From an uncultured Clostridium sp. (GTDB lineage: Bacteria; Bacillota; Clostridia; TANB77; CAG-508): a DNA stretch of 64,000 nucleotides. Shown piece after piece: positions 8,826 through 17,995 of this stretch. The first letter of the stretch is position 1; every line of letters starts with the position of its first letter. The notes under the pieces were generated by a model that was not told the DNA's origin, searched no databases, and worked only from the letters and a program-made list of their open reading frames with translations. The translations under genes were made by a program, and so were the position numbers. Location: assembly GCA_900553365.1 (NCBI GenBank), contig USDL01000003.1:24258-88257 (forward strand). Reading direction: 5' to 3'.

Positions 8826-8975
8826 TTAATTATCTTTTTTATTTCTTGTTGCTTGTTCTATTTTTTCTACTTGCTCTTTTTGTTTTTCTATTGGAAGCCA
8901 ATGATATGTGGAGCATACAAATTCTCCATATTTTGTTGTATCTTCTTTTTTGTGTTCTTTTTTATCTTTTTGCAT
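8826..8975 (-). CDS. hypothetical small protein (49 aa) downstream of lexA
   Basis: Translation is MQKDKKEHKKEDTTKYGEFVCSTYHWLPIEKQKEQVEKIEQATRNKKDN. SD AAGAGGTG lies 6 nt upstream. Confidence 0.3.
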   Translation of the reverse strand: MQKDKKEHKKEDTTKYGEFVCSTYHWLPIEKQKEQVEKIEQATRNKKDN

Positions 8976-9044
8976 ACAAACACCTCTTTTTAGTAGTATT
9001 TGTTTTTTTATTTATTATATGCAAAAAGTGGAACTAAATATATC

Positions 9045-9704
9045 TTATAATTTTCTAAATACACCAGCAACTTTGCCTAGAATTTTGCAGTCTGGAACTA
9101 TTATTGGATCCATTGTATGATTTTCTGGTTGTAAACGTATGTGGTCTTTTTCTTTATAGAATGTTTTTACTGTTGCTTCATCTCCTATTAATGCAACAAC
9201 TATTTCTCCATTCATTGCTATATCTTGTTTTTTAACTAGTATATAATCTCCATCTAATATTCCTGCTTCTATCATACTTTCGCCTCTTACTGTAAGCATA
9301 AAGCTTTCGCTATTACCTATAAAATCTATTGGAATTGGGAATGTATCTGTTATGTTTTCTACTGCTAAAATTGGTGCTCCTGCTGTTATTTTTCCTATAA
9401 CTGGAACATCTACAAGTTCTTTTCCACTATATGCTGGTTTTTCTTCGAATTTTTCTTGTCCTTCTAATCCACCTTTTAATAGTTTTAGTGTTCTTCCTTT
9501 TTGGTCTTCTTTTTTAATATATCCTTTTTTCTGTAATCCTGTTATATATGTATGTACTGTAGCTGTTGAACTTAACCCTACTGCTTTTCCTATTTCCCTA
9601 ACTGATGGTGGGTATCCATTTTCTTTGATAGACTTTTCTATGTATTTTAATATTGCTTTTTCTCTTTTATTTAATTCATTTGGATCTTTTCTTCTCATCT
9701 GCAA
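9045..9704 (-). CDS. lexA: LexA repressor (S24 peptidase)
   Basis: N-terminal winged HTH (GYPPSVREIGKAVGLSSTATVHTY). Ala-Gly cleavage region (KITAGAPI). Ser/Lys dyad regions (RGESM...KTFYK). Confidence 0.9.
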   Translation of the reverse strand: MQMRRKDPNELNKREKAILKYIEKSIKENGYPPSVREIGKAVGLSSTATVHTYITGLQKKGYIKKEDQKGRTLKLLKGGLEGQEKFEEKPAYSGKELVDVPVIGKITAGAPILAVENITDTFPIPIDFIGNSESFMLTVRGESMIEAGILDGDYILVKKQDIAMNGEIVVALIGDEATVKTFYKEKDHIRLQPENHTMDPIIVPDCKILGKVAGVFRKL

Positions 9705-9826
9705 TCACTCCCTTTAAAAATATTTGCAAATATATTATCATAAATTTAAAAATTTGTCAAACAAAAGTTTTAATTTTTATTGTTTTTTTGTAAATTTTTT
9801 TATCTTACTATTTTTTTGTTTTTGGG

Positions 9827-9854
9827 TTGTTTTTTTTATTATTTTTGATATAAT
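9827..9854 (+). promoter_or_regulatory. putative sigma-A promoter for the EEP gene
   Basis: TTGTTT, 16-nt spacer, TG-a-TATAAT. A GGAGG SD follows at 9868. Confidence 0.35.
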
Positions 9855-9877
9855 GAATAGTAGAAAGTGGAGGTTTT

Positions 9878-10613
9878 ATGATATTAAAAGCAATTTCCTT
9901 TAATATGTGCCATCGGTGAAGGGCTTGATGGTAGAATTGATGTACGTAGACAGGCAATGTTACTAAAAAAGTATAAGCCTGATATTATTTTTCTACAAGA
10001 AATTGATGTATATACTAAGCGTGCATATAATAAAAATCAAATCTATACTTTTAGTAAATATACTGGTTTACCTTACAGAGCTATGGGAACTAATATTAAA
10101 TACAAAAACGGGTTTTATGGTGATGGACTTTTATCTCGTTTTCCTATTGAATATTCTGCAAATTATTTGTCTCCAACCACCTCTCCTGAACATGAGCAAC
10201 GTGGATTTTTATGTATTAAAGTTGGTGTTGGAACTATTAAGCTTAATTTGTTTTCCCTACATCTTTCCGTTTTTGAAGAAGAACGTGTTTTGTCTAGCAA
10301 AGCTCTATTGCGTATAACTTCTAATATAAATAAGTCTGAAGGCATTATTATTGCAGGAGATTTTAATGTTGGTGTTAAAAAAATTGGAACACATAGATAT
10401 ACTTATGAGCAAAAGGATTCTTTTGAGGAATATGAAATTTTAAAGAAAAAGTTTCATCATTTAGAAAATACTGAATCAACTTGGTTTTCTAAAGATGGAG
10501 TTGGCTGTATTGATTCTTGCTTTTATTCTAATAATTTAAAGCTTACTAAATTTGAAACGATTCCTACTCAAGTTTCTGACCATTATCCTATTTATATGGA
10601 GTTTGTAATTTGA
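9878..10613 (+). pseudogene. endonuclease/exonuclease/phosphatase (EEP) family protein interrupted by a +1 frameshift at about 9914
   Basis: ATG at 9878 with a strong GGAGG SD gives MILKAISFNMCHR-stop. Removing one C (CAT-C-GGT) yields MILKAISFNMCHGEGLDGRIDVRRQAMLLKKYKPDIIFLQEID..., a typical EEP N-terminus. The downstream frame matches the 218-aa track ORF. Confidence 0.7.
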
Positions 10614-10615
10614 AT

Positions 10616-10645
10616 AACGTTTTTGGGGATAGCCCCAAAAACGTT
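10616..10645. terminator. bidirectional terminator between the EEP gene and smc
   Basis: AACGTTTTTGGGG-atag-CCCCAAAAACGTT followed by ATTTTTT. Confidence 0.6.
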
Positions 10646-13600
10646 ATTTTTTCTCTAATTTCATTGAAAGTAATTTACTTATTCCGCTTTCCTCCATTGT
10701 TATTCCATATACAGTATCTGCTGCTTCCATTGTTCCTTTTCTATGTGTTATTACTAAAAATTGTGTTTCTCCTGTAAATTTTTTCAAATAATCTGCAAAC
10801 TTGTATACATTTACATCATCTAGTGCAGCTTCTATTTCATCTAATACACAGAATGGTGCTGGATTTATTCTTAATATTGAAAATAGCAATGCTATTGCAG
10901 TAAATGCTCTTTCCCCACCTGATAGTAGCATCATGTTTTGAAGTTTTTTTCCTGGTGGTTGTACTTCTATTTCTATTCCACAATTTAATATATCTGTTTC
11001 ATCTGTTAATTTTAGTTCTGCCTTGCCTCCTCCAAATAGTTCTTTAAATACCTCTCCAAAGTTTTTGTTTATTATATTGAATTGCTTTTCAAATTGTTCT
11101 TTCATTATTTTTGTCATATCTTGTATTACTTTTTTCAATTTACTACTAGCATTTTCTAAATCTAGGCGTTGCTCGCACATATAGTCATATCTTTCTTTTG
11201 TTTGTTTGTATTCTTCAATAGAATCTATATTTATGCTTCCTAAATTTTTGATTTCATCTCTTAAATGTTTTACTTCCTTTGTTGTTTCTGCAACATTATT
11301 TGGCTTTTTAAATTCTCCTGCTGTGTTTGGAGTTATTTCATAGTCTTCCCACATTTTATTTATTATTTGTTCAAGTTCAACATCTAATTTTGATTTTTTC
11401 ACTTCAAGTTTATTTGCCTGATTTTTAATTTCTTCAATTATCTTATATTTTTCCTCAATTTCAGTTTCTACTTTGGTTATTGCCATGTTTTTGTTTGATT
11501 TTTCTTGTTTTAATTTCTGGGCAGTTTCAGAGCTTGTACTAACCTCTATTTTTATTTGTTCAATATTTTGTTTTAGCTCCTCTATTGTTTTAGTTAATTC
11601 TTCGTTTTCAACTTTTAGATTTTTGCTTTGCTGCTTTTTATTTTCAATTTTGCTCATATTTGTTTGCAATTCATTTTCAATTCTTGATAAGATTTCCTCT
11701 AATGAGTTGCTGCTTTCATCAAATGAGCTTACTGATATTTTTAAATTTGTTATATCAAAATTTAAGTCATCTATATATTTTTGATTTTCCTTGTTTTTCT
11801 CTGCAAAATTTTGAATTGCAGTATTTAAAATTGTAATTTCTTGTTCTAATTCTAGATTTTTTTGCTCTATTACTGCTTTTTCTTCTTTGTTTTTATCTAT
11901 TGATTCTACTATTTCATTAGTTTCTGTTTTTAGCTTATCAAGCTTTGTTTCTAAGCTTGAAATTGTTTCTTCTATTGACTCTAATCTTTGTTCTTCTGTT
12001 GCATATTCAATTTCGGTTTCTCTTGAAGATGCTTCTATACTTGTTATTTCTTCTAATAAACTTTCTATTGAATTTTCATAATCTTCTTTTTCTTTGGTTA
12101 TTTTTTCTATTTCTTTTTGTATCTTTTCTATTTCTTTTTCTAATTGTTTTATTTGTGCTGTTCTTCCTATAATGCTGTTTGTTTTTTGTGTTGTTGAACC
12201 ACCTGAAATTGCTCCACTTGGATTTATTATATCTCCCTTTAATGTAACTATTCTAAAGCTATATTTGTTCTGCTTTGCTATTACTATTGCTGTATCCATA
12301 TCATTTACTATTACTGTTTTTCCAAGTAAATTTGAGATAATTTCTTCATATTTTTTATCTGTTTTTATTAATTTTGAGGCTACTCCAATTACTCCTTGTG
12401 TTCCATTTGTTATAAGTTTATCAAGATTTTTTCCTTTTACTGAGGTTATTGGTAAAAATGATGCTCTTCCTAAATTATTTTTTCTTAAATATTCTATTAA
12501 TTTTTTTGCATCTTCTTCCGTCTCTGTTACTATGTTTTGAAGTGTTTGCCCAAGTACAGTTTCAACTGCTAATTGATATTCTTCTGGAACAGTTATTAAG
12601 CTTGCTAAAACTCCTCTTACCCCTTTATTTAAGTTGCTATCTACCTCACATTGTGTAAGTACTGATTTTACTGCTCTTGAATAACCTTCCTTTTCCTTTT
12701 CCATTTCTTGCAAGAATTTTTGCTTAGAATCTTTTATTCTATATTCTTGTGTTAAATTGTTTATTTTATTATCAAATTCAGTTATTTTTGCATTTGCTTC
12801 TTCACGTTTTACTTTAATATCTTCTAATCTTTTTTGGCACTCATTTCTTTTACTTTCTTTTTCGTTAAAGGTTTTTAACAAATCAGATTTTAACATTCTT
12901 TTTTCATCTAATTTAGATATTGTTTCTTGAATTTCATTTTTAACTGTTTTTGAGCGTTTGTTTAAGTTTTCATTGTTTATTTCAAGAGTATTTATTGCTT
13001 CTCTATTTTCATATTTTGCTTCTGTATTTTTTTCTACTTGTTTTTTCTTTTCTTCTATTTCAACTTCTTCTTTAGATAGCTTACTTGTAAGTTCTTGTAG
13101 TTTATTCTCTTTTTCTTCTAATTCTAATACAAATTTTTCTCTATTTGCCAATAAGTTATCTTTTTTATTAATTCTATTTTCTTTTTCCTCTAAAATTTCA
13201 GCATTACGTTTTTTTAGTTCTTCAATTTCTTTTAAATATGTATCGCTATTTTGATTGTTGTTTTCAATTTTTGTTTTTTGAACATTTATATCAGAGTTAA
13301 TTTGCTCAATTTTCTTTTCACTTTCAAAGCCTAAATTTTGAGTTTCTTCTATTTTTGATATAATTTCTTCTAACTCAGTTTTTAAATTTTCCTTTAAGTT
13401 TTGCAGTACAGAAAGTCTGCTTTCTTCATCTTCTTTTTGTGAATTTATTATATCTATATCTTTTACTAACTCTTCTATTTTTACCTTATATGTATCTATA
13501 TTATATATGAATAAGCCTATTTCTATAGATTTTAGTTCTTCTCTTAAGCTTAAATATTTTTTAGCTTTTTCTGCTTGATTTTTAAGTGGTCCAATATTTG

Positions 13601-14198
13601 CTTCTATTTCTGCTAATATGTCGTTTATTCTTAGAAGATTCAATTTTGTTTGTTCCAACTTTTTCTCTGATTCTGTTTTTCTTGCCCTATACTTTACAAT
13701 TCCTGCTGCCTCTTCAAATATATTACGTCTATCTTCAGATTTGTTGCTTAAAATATCATCTATTTTACCTTGACCTATTATTGAATATCCATCTTTTCCT
13801 ATTCCAGTATCCATAAATAGTTCTTGAATATCTTTTAACCTACAAGGTGCTTTATTTATAAAATATCCACTTTCACCATTTCTAAAAATTCTTCTAGTTA
13901 CAACTACCTCTGCAAACTCTATTGGAAGCTTACCATCAGTATTATCAATAACTATTGAAGCTTCTGCAAATCCTAAAGATTTTCTATTTTGAGTTCCTGC
14001 AAAAATAATATCCTCAGACTTATTTCCTCTCAAGGACTTCATACTTTGTTCACCTAAAACCCACCTAATACTATCTGATATATTACTTTTACCAGAACCA
14101 TTAGGTCCTATAACGGTTGTAATACCTGGCATAAATTCTAATACTGTTTTATCCGCAAATGATTTGAATCCCTGTAATTCTAATCTTTTTAAAAACAT
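10644..14198 (-). CDS. smc: chromosome segregation protein SMC
   Basis: 1184 aa. N-terminal Walker A (GPNGSGKSN). Long coiled coils. Hinge. C-terminal LSGGE signature and Walker B. Confidence 0.95.
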   Translation of the reverse strand: MFLKRLELQGFKSFADKTVLEFMPGITTVIGPNGSGKSNISDSIRWVLGEQSMKSLRGNKSEDIIFAGTQNRKSLGFAEASIVIDNTDGKLPIEFAEVVVTRRIFRNGESGYFINKAPCRLKDIQELFMDTGIGKDGYSIIGQGKIDDILSNKSEDRRNIFEEAAGIVKYRARKTESEKKLEQTKLNLLRINDILAEIEANIGPLKNQAEKAKKYLSLREELKSIEIGLFIYNIDTYKVKIEELVKDIDIINSQKEDEESRLSVLQNLKENLKTELEEIISKIEETQNLGFESEKKIEQINSDINVQKTKIENNNQNSDTYLKEIEELKKRNAEILEEKENRINKKDNLLANREKFVLELEEKENKLQELTSKLSKEEVEIEEKKKQVEKNTEAKYENREAINTLEINNENLNKRSKTVKNEIQETISKLDEKRMLKSDLLKTFNEKESKRNECQKRLEDIKVKREEANAKITEFDNKINNLTQEYRIKDSKQKFLQEMEKEKEGYSRAVKSVLTQCEVDSNLNKGVRGVLASLITVPEEYQLAVETVLGQTLQNIVTETEEDAKKLIEYLRKNNLGRASFLPITSVKGKNLDKLITNGTQGVIGVASKLIKTDKKYEEIISNLLGKTVIVNDMDTAIVIAKQNKYSFRIVTLKGDIINPSGAISGGSTTQKTNSIIGRTAQIKQLEKEIEKIQKEIEKITKEKEDYENSIESLLEEITSIEASSRETEIEYATEEQRLESIEETISSLETKLDKLKTETNEIVESIDKNKEEKAVIEQKNLELEQEITILNTAIQNFAEKNKENQKYIDDLNFDITNLKISVSSFDESSNSLEEILSRIENELQTNMSKIENKKQQSKNLKVENEELTKTIEELKQNIEQIKIEVSTSSETAQKLKQEKSNKNMAITKVETEIEEKYKIIEEIKNQANKLEVKKSKLDVELEQIINKMWEDYEITPNTAGEFKKPNNVAETTKEVKHLRDEIKNLGSINIDSIEEYKQTKERYDYMCEQRLDLENASSKLKKVIQDMTKIMKEQFEKQFNIINKNFGEVFKELFGGGKAELKLTDETDILNCGIEIEVQPPGKKLQNMMLLSGGERAFTAIALLFSILRINPAPFCVLDEIEAALDDVNVYKFADYLKKFTGETQFLVITHRKGTMEAADTVYGITMEESGISKLLSMKLEKK

Positions 14199-14428
14199 AA
14201 AATTCCCCTTTTTTTTGATTCGATTTTTATATAATATATCAAAAGTTGAAAATAGTCAAGGAAAAAATATATTCTACATTGTTTTTCGTAAAAGCTTCCT
14301 TTACTACCTTTACCTTATTATTTTTATATGCAATTTAAAAAAATTCACTCATTTCTTGGTTACACTTCATCTTATTTATCTCTGTATTTATTATGTATGG
14401 TTTTTGTCATTTTTGCAAAATAATAAAT

Positions 14429-14461
14429 AATCAACAAAATGTTTTTTCCATTTTGTTGATT
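14429..14461 (-). terminator. terminator downstream of the LRR-pilin gene
   Basis: AATCAACAAAATG-ttttttc-CATTTTGTTGATT. U-rich run on the minus strand. Confidence 0.55.
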
Positions 14462-14483
14462 ATTTTTACTATCGAATACACTT

Positions 14484-15737
14484 CTAGTCTATTTGACTTC
14501 CCTTTTGCACTTTATCTCCTGATTGTGTTGCTATTACATTATCTATAATTCCTGTTGCACTTGATGTGTAATTAACTATTAGTGGATTATTGCTGTTTTG
14601 TGCTGTTCCATTGAATGTTCCTTTATATGTTGTGATTTTTGTTGAGTCAAAGGTTAGTGCTATAGTTCCTTCCAAAACTTCACATGAGTTGAACATGTAT
14701 TGAATATTAGTAACATTTTTCATGTTCCATCCATCAATATTTAGAGTTTTCAGACTTCTACAGCCATTAAACAATTGTAGCATATTTTCTACATTGCTAA
14801 CATCCCATTTATGTAAGTCAAGTGTTTCTAGTTTTTTACAATGTCTAAACATTCTTTCCATTGTAGTTACATTACTTACATCTAAATTCTCTATTCCTAT
14901 TATTCGTTTTAAATTCATAACATTGGGAATTGTTGCATCATCCCCAGAACCAAAAGCCCAAGTCATATTTTGCATACTACTTGTATCCCAATTACTTATA
15001 TCTAGTGTTTCAAGATTTGCACATCCATAAAAAATGCTTTGCATGTCGATTACTTTTGATGTATTAAAATTCCTCAAATCTAGTTGTTTAAGATTACTAC
15101 AATTTGAAAACATCCATCCCATATCTGTTACATTTTCTGTATTAAAATATGAAAAGTTAATTGTTTTCAAATTATTGCAATCATAAAACATTCCTTTCAT
15201 GTTTGTCATGTTACATATATTTAAATTTTTAATTCCTTCAATTGTACTTATATTAGTTAAATTCTTAAATAAATAATTACCACCCTTTGGTGCTACTTTA
15301 TCTTCTATTATTACCGAGGTAATTTTTTGTGCAAATTCATCATCATTAATCCATGGCATTAATGTTGCTGCTTCTGAAAGTTTTAAATTAGATATATCTG
15401 AAATATCTACAGTTTTTTGTACTAAACTTGCTCCATTTCTTGTTTCTAAAATATGTGTACTATCTGCATAAAATACAAGTGCACCATCAGAATATAATGC
15501 TGCATATAAAGGTGTGGGGTCCATTCTATTATTAACAAGATCATCAATTAATTTGTCTAATTCATTTATTGTTTCATTTTCCTTTTGTGTTTCCTCATTC
15601 CAAGCTTTTACTGCTTTGTCAGCTGTTCTAATTATATCCGAATTAATTACTACATTAACACTAACACCTACCAATATAAGCATAATGATTATGGTAATAA
15701 TTAGTGCAATTAATGTTATTCCATTTTGTTTTCTCAT
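14484..15737 (-). CDS. BspA-type leucine-rich-repeat (DUF285-like) surface protein with a prepilin-like N-terminus
   Basis: N-terminus MRKQNGITLIALIITIIIMLILVGVSV is nearly identical to that of the pilin at 33627-33878. C-terminal repeats NL.T..FSNCSNLK.LDLRNF.TS.V are BspA/DUF285-type LRRs. Confidence 0.75.
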   Translation of the reverse strand: MRKQNGITLIALIITIIIMLILVGVSVNVVINSDIIRTADKAVKAWNEETQKENETINELDKLIDDLVNNRMDPTPLYAALYSDGALVFYADSTHILETRNGASLVQKTVDISDISNLKLSEAATLMPWINDDEFAQKITSVIIEDKVAPKGGNYLFKNLTNISTIEGIKNLNICNMTNMKGMFYDCNNLKTINFSYFNTENVTDMGWMFSNCSNLKQLDLRNFNTSKVIDMQSIFYGCANLETLDISNWDTSSMQNMTWAFGSGDDATIPNVMNLKRIIGIENLDVSNVTTMERMFRHCKKLETLDLHKWDVSNVENMLQLFNGCRSLKTLNIDGWNMKNVTNIQYMFNSCEVLEGTIALTFDSTKITTYKGTFNGTAQNSNNPLIVNYTSSATGIIDNVIATQSGDKVQKGSQID

Positions 15738-15792
15738 ACATAATTCCTCCTCTGTTCTCTTTCTCTTCCTAACTTTTATATCTTTATTCTAT

Positions 15793-15833
15793 AAAAAAAA
15801 ATTACAAATTGCAACTGTTTTTGCAATTTGTAA
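15793..15833 (-). promoter_or_regulatory. perfect 13-bp inverted repeat plus A9 run (minus-strand hairpin and U9) in the leader of the LRR-pilin gene; operator or attenuator
   Basis: TTACAAATTGCAA-ctgttt-TTGCAATTTGTAA at 15802-15833, preceded on the plus strand by A9 at 15793-15801. Adjacent direct repeats TGTAACA x2. It lies about 65 nt upstream of the gene start. Confidence 0.4.
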
Positions 15834-16003
15834 CATAATTGTAACATTACTCACATATAAATATTACAATTCAAGCAATTTTTAAGCATACTTTTCTATC
15901 CTTCTGGTTACAATATTTTTACTGCTAGTAAATATTTACATTGTTGTTTCTGTTTATTTTTACCCCAAAATGCTATTATTCAAACAAAAAAGGAGGAATA
16001 TAT

Positions 16004-16327
16004 ATGGCACTTAATTATAGTATTATTGGTATGAGATTAAAACAAGCTAGAATTGACAAAAAATTAACACAAGAGAAATTAGCAGAAGAATTAGATGTTT
16101 CTGTTGCTTATGTTAGCAGAGTTGAACGTGGTTCTACAGAAATTGGTTTAAAAAGATTAGATGAGATATGTGATTTATTGGATGTTTCTTTAACTTACGC
16201 CTTAGATGGAGCTTCTACAAGGGATAGCTCTTACTTGAATACAGCTTTTAGTGATTTGTTCAAAAATTGTCCAACAGAAAAAATAGATTTAATTTATAAA
16301 GTATCACAGGTTATTGCTGAAAATTAA
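16004..16327 (+). CDS. XRE-family HTH regulator (107 aa)
   Basis: LTQEKLAEELDVSVAYVSRVERG HTH. GGAGG SD. Divergent from the LRR gene. Confidence 0.7.
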   Translation: MALNYSIIGMRLKQARIDKKLTQEKLAEELDVSVAYVSRVERGSTEIGLKRLDEICDLLDVSLTYALDGASTRDSSYLNTAFSDLFKNCPTEKIDLIYKVSQVIAEN

Positions 16328-16453
16328 ACAACGATTAATTTATAAATAATAATTAGCTAAACCTTACATATAGTTCATTTTTATGTAAATTTTAGCATAT
16401 TTCTCTTCCATTTTTATACACTTTATAGTATAATGTTTATGGAGGAGATTTTT

Positions 16454-16888
16454 ATGTGGTATTTATGGTTAATTGCTGCTGGAATTTTTTTCATAATCGA
16501 AATAGCAACCGTTGGCTTTTTAATTTTCTGGCTTGGTATTGGTGCTCTTTTTGCTATGGTAGCAAGCTTTTTTACAGATAATTTATTAATCCAAACCACA
16601 GTATTTGTAATTTCTTCAAGCGTTCTTATTCCTCTTACAAAACCTATTGTTAATAAGTATTTTGATGATGGCAAAACTATTGCAACAAATGCTTATAGTC
16701 TTATTGGAAAAGTTGGTATTGTTACAACCGAAATTAACACACTTAATTCAACAGGTCAAGTAAAAGTTAATGGGGAAATCTGGTCCGCTAAAGCTAATGA
16801 AGATATTAAACAAGGTACAGAAGTTGAAATTTTAAAAATTGATGGTGTTAAACTTATTGTTAAACCAAAAACACCTATTTTAAATTAG
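16454..16888 (+). CDS. NfeD-family membrane protein (short form, C-terminal OB-fold)
   Basis: Two N-terminal TM helices, then a beta-rich C-terminus (GKVGIVTTEINTLNSTGQVKVNGEIWSAKA...EVEILKIDGVKLIV). GGAGGAG SD. Directly upstream of an SPFH gene, the canonical pairing. Confidence 0.7.
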   Translation: MWYLWLIAAGIFFIIEIATVGFLIFWLGIGALFAMVASFFTDNLLIQTTVFVISSSVLIPLTKPIVNKYFDDGKTIATNAYSLIGKVGIVTTEINTLNSTGQVKVNGEIWSAKANEDIKQGTEVEILKIDGVKLIVKPKTPILN

Positions 16889-16923
16889 TTGAATTTTAAA
16901 AAATTTATAGGAGGTAAATTTTT

Positions 16924-17823
16924 ATGGCAGTAGTTTTAATAATTTTATTACTAATTGTGCTAATTATAGCATTCAAATCTATTAAAATCGTAAGACAAGC
17001 TGAAGTTTACATTATTGAAAGATTAGGTAAATTTCATAAAATAGCAGATGCAGGACTTACAATAATTATACCTTTTGTTGACCATGTTCGTAGTGTTGTA
17101 AGTTTAAAGGAACAAACAATGGATATTCCTCCACAAGGAGTTATTACAGAAGATAATGTTACAATAACAATCGATACTGTTGTGTTTTATCAAATAACAG
17201 ATCCAGCAAAAGCAGTATACGAAATTCAATCTCTAAGAAGAGGTATTGAATATTTAGCAATAACTACTATTCGTGATATTGTTGGTAAAATGAGCTTAGA
17301 CTCAACATTTAGTTCAAGAGACATGATAAATAATGAATTAAGAGTTTTACTAGATGAAGCTACTGATAAATGGGGATGTAAAGTTAACCGTGTTGAAATA
17401 AAAGATATTAATCCACCTGCTGATATTCGTGATGCAATGGAAAAACAGATGAATGCAGAAAGAAATAAAAGAGCTGCAATTTTACAAGCAGAAGGTGAAA
17501 AACAAGCTGCTATAACTCTTGCAGAAGGTCAAAAGCAAGCTGCTATCTTACAAGCAGAGGCTGATAAAGAATCTCAAATAAGAAGAGCTGCTGGTGAAGC
17601 TGAAGCTATACGTGAAGTTGCTGTTGCTAAAGCTCAAGAAATTCAAATGATATATGAATCTATCAAGAAATCAAATCCTGATGATAAATTAATTCAAATT
17701 AAATCATTAGAAGCTTTGCAAGAAATAGCAAAAGGAGATGCTAATAAAGTATTTATCCCTTTTGAAGCAACAAATGCATTATCTAGCTTAGGTGCAATTA
17801 AAGAAGTAATTAAAGACAAATAA
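16924..17823 (+). CDS. SPFH/band-7 (stomatin-like) protein
   Basis: N-terminal TM. SPFH core (IVRQAEVYIIERLGKFHK...DIPPQGVITEDNVTITIDTVVFYQI). Ala/Glu/Gln-rich coiled-coil C-terminus. Confidence 0.85.
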   Translation: MAVVLIILLLIVLIIAFKSIKIVRQAEVYIIERLGKFHKIADAGLTIIIPFVDHVRSVVSLKEQTMDIPPQGVITEDNVTITIDTVVFYQITDPAKAVYEIQSLRRGIEYLAITTIRDIVGKMSLDSTFSSRDMINNELRVLLDEATDKWGCKVNRVEIKDINPPADIRDAMEKQMNAERNKRAAILQAEGEKQAAITLAEGQKQAAILQAEADKESQIRRAAGEAEAIREVAVAKAQEIQMIYESIKKSNPDDKLIQIKSLEALQEIAKGDANKVFIPFEATNALSSLGAIKEVIKDK

Positions 17824-17995
17824 TTTGTCTGTTTAAAAAAGTAGTCAAATCTTTAGGAATTTAATAATTTTTCTAATATTAAAGCTCCTCAAGTTTGGCT
17901 ATTTTTTTATTTTTTTTGCCTTGTTTTTCATTGACAAATTATTTTATTCGTTATATTATATATGCATATTATTTAATTTTTTAGGAGGTTTTTTT

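Noticed and set aside
8822-9037. 71-aa plus-strand ORF upstream of lexA
   Set aside because: Pure Leu/Phe low complexity. The minus-strand 49-aa ORF with a good SD is the better candidate for this interval.
9705-9877. Looked for a LexA (Cheo) box upstream of lexA and the EEP gene
   Set aside because: No GAAC-N4-GTTC-like palindrome found by eye. Reported as absence, not as a feature.
11473-13254. Several 60-150-aa plus-strand ORFs inside smc
   Set aside because: Phe/Leu/Ser-rich antisense artefacts of the coiled-coil coding region.
16423-16674. 83-aa minus-strand ORF overlapping the nfeD start
   Set aside because: Antisense to NfeD. No SD.
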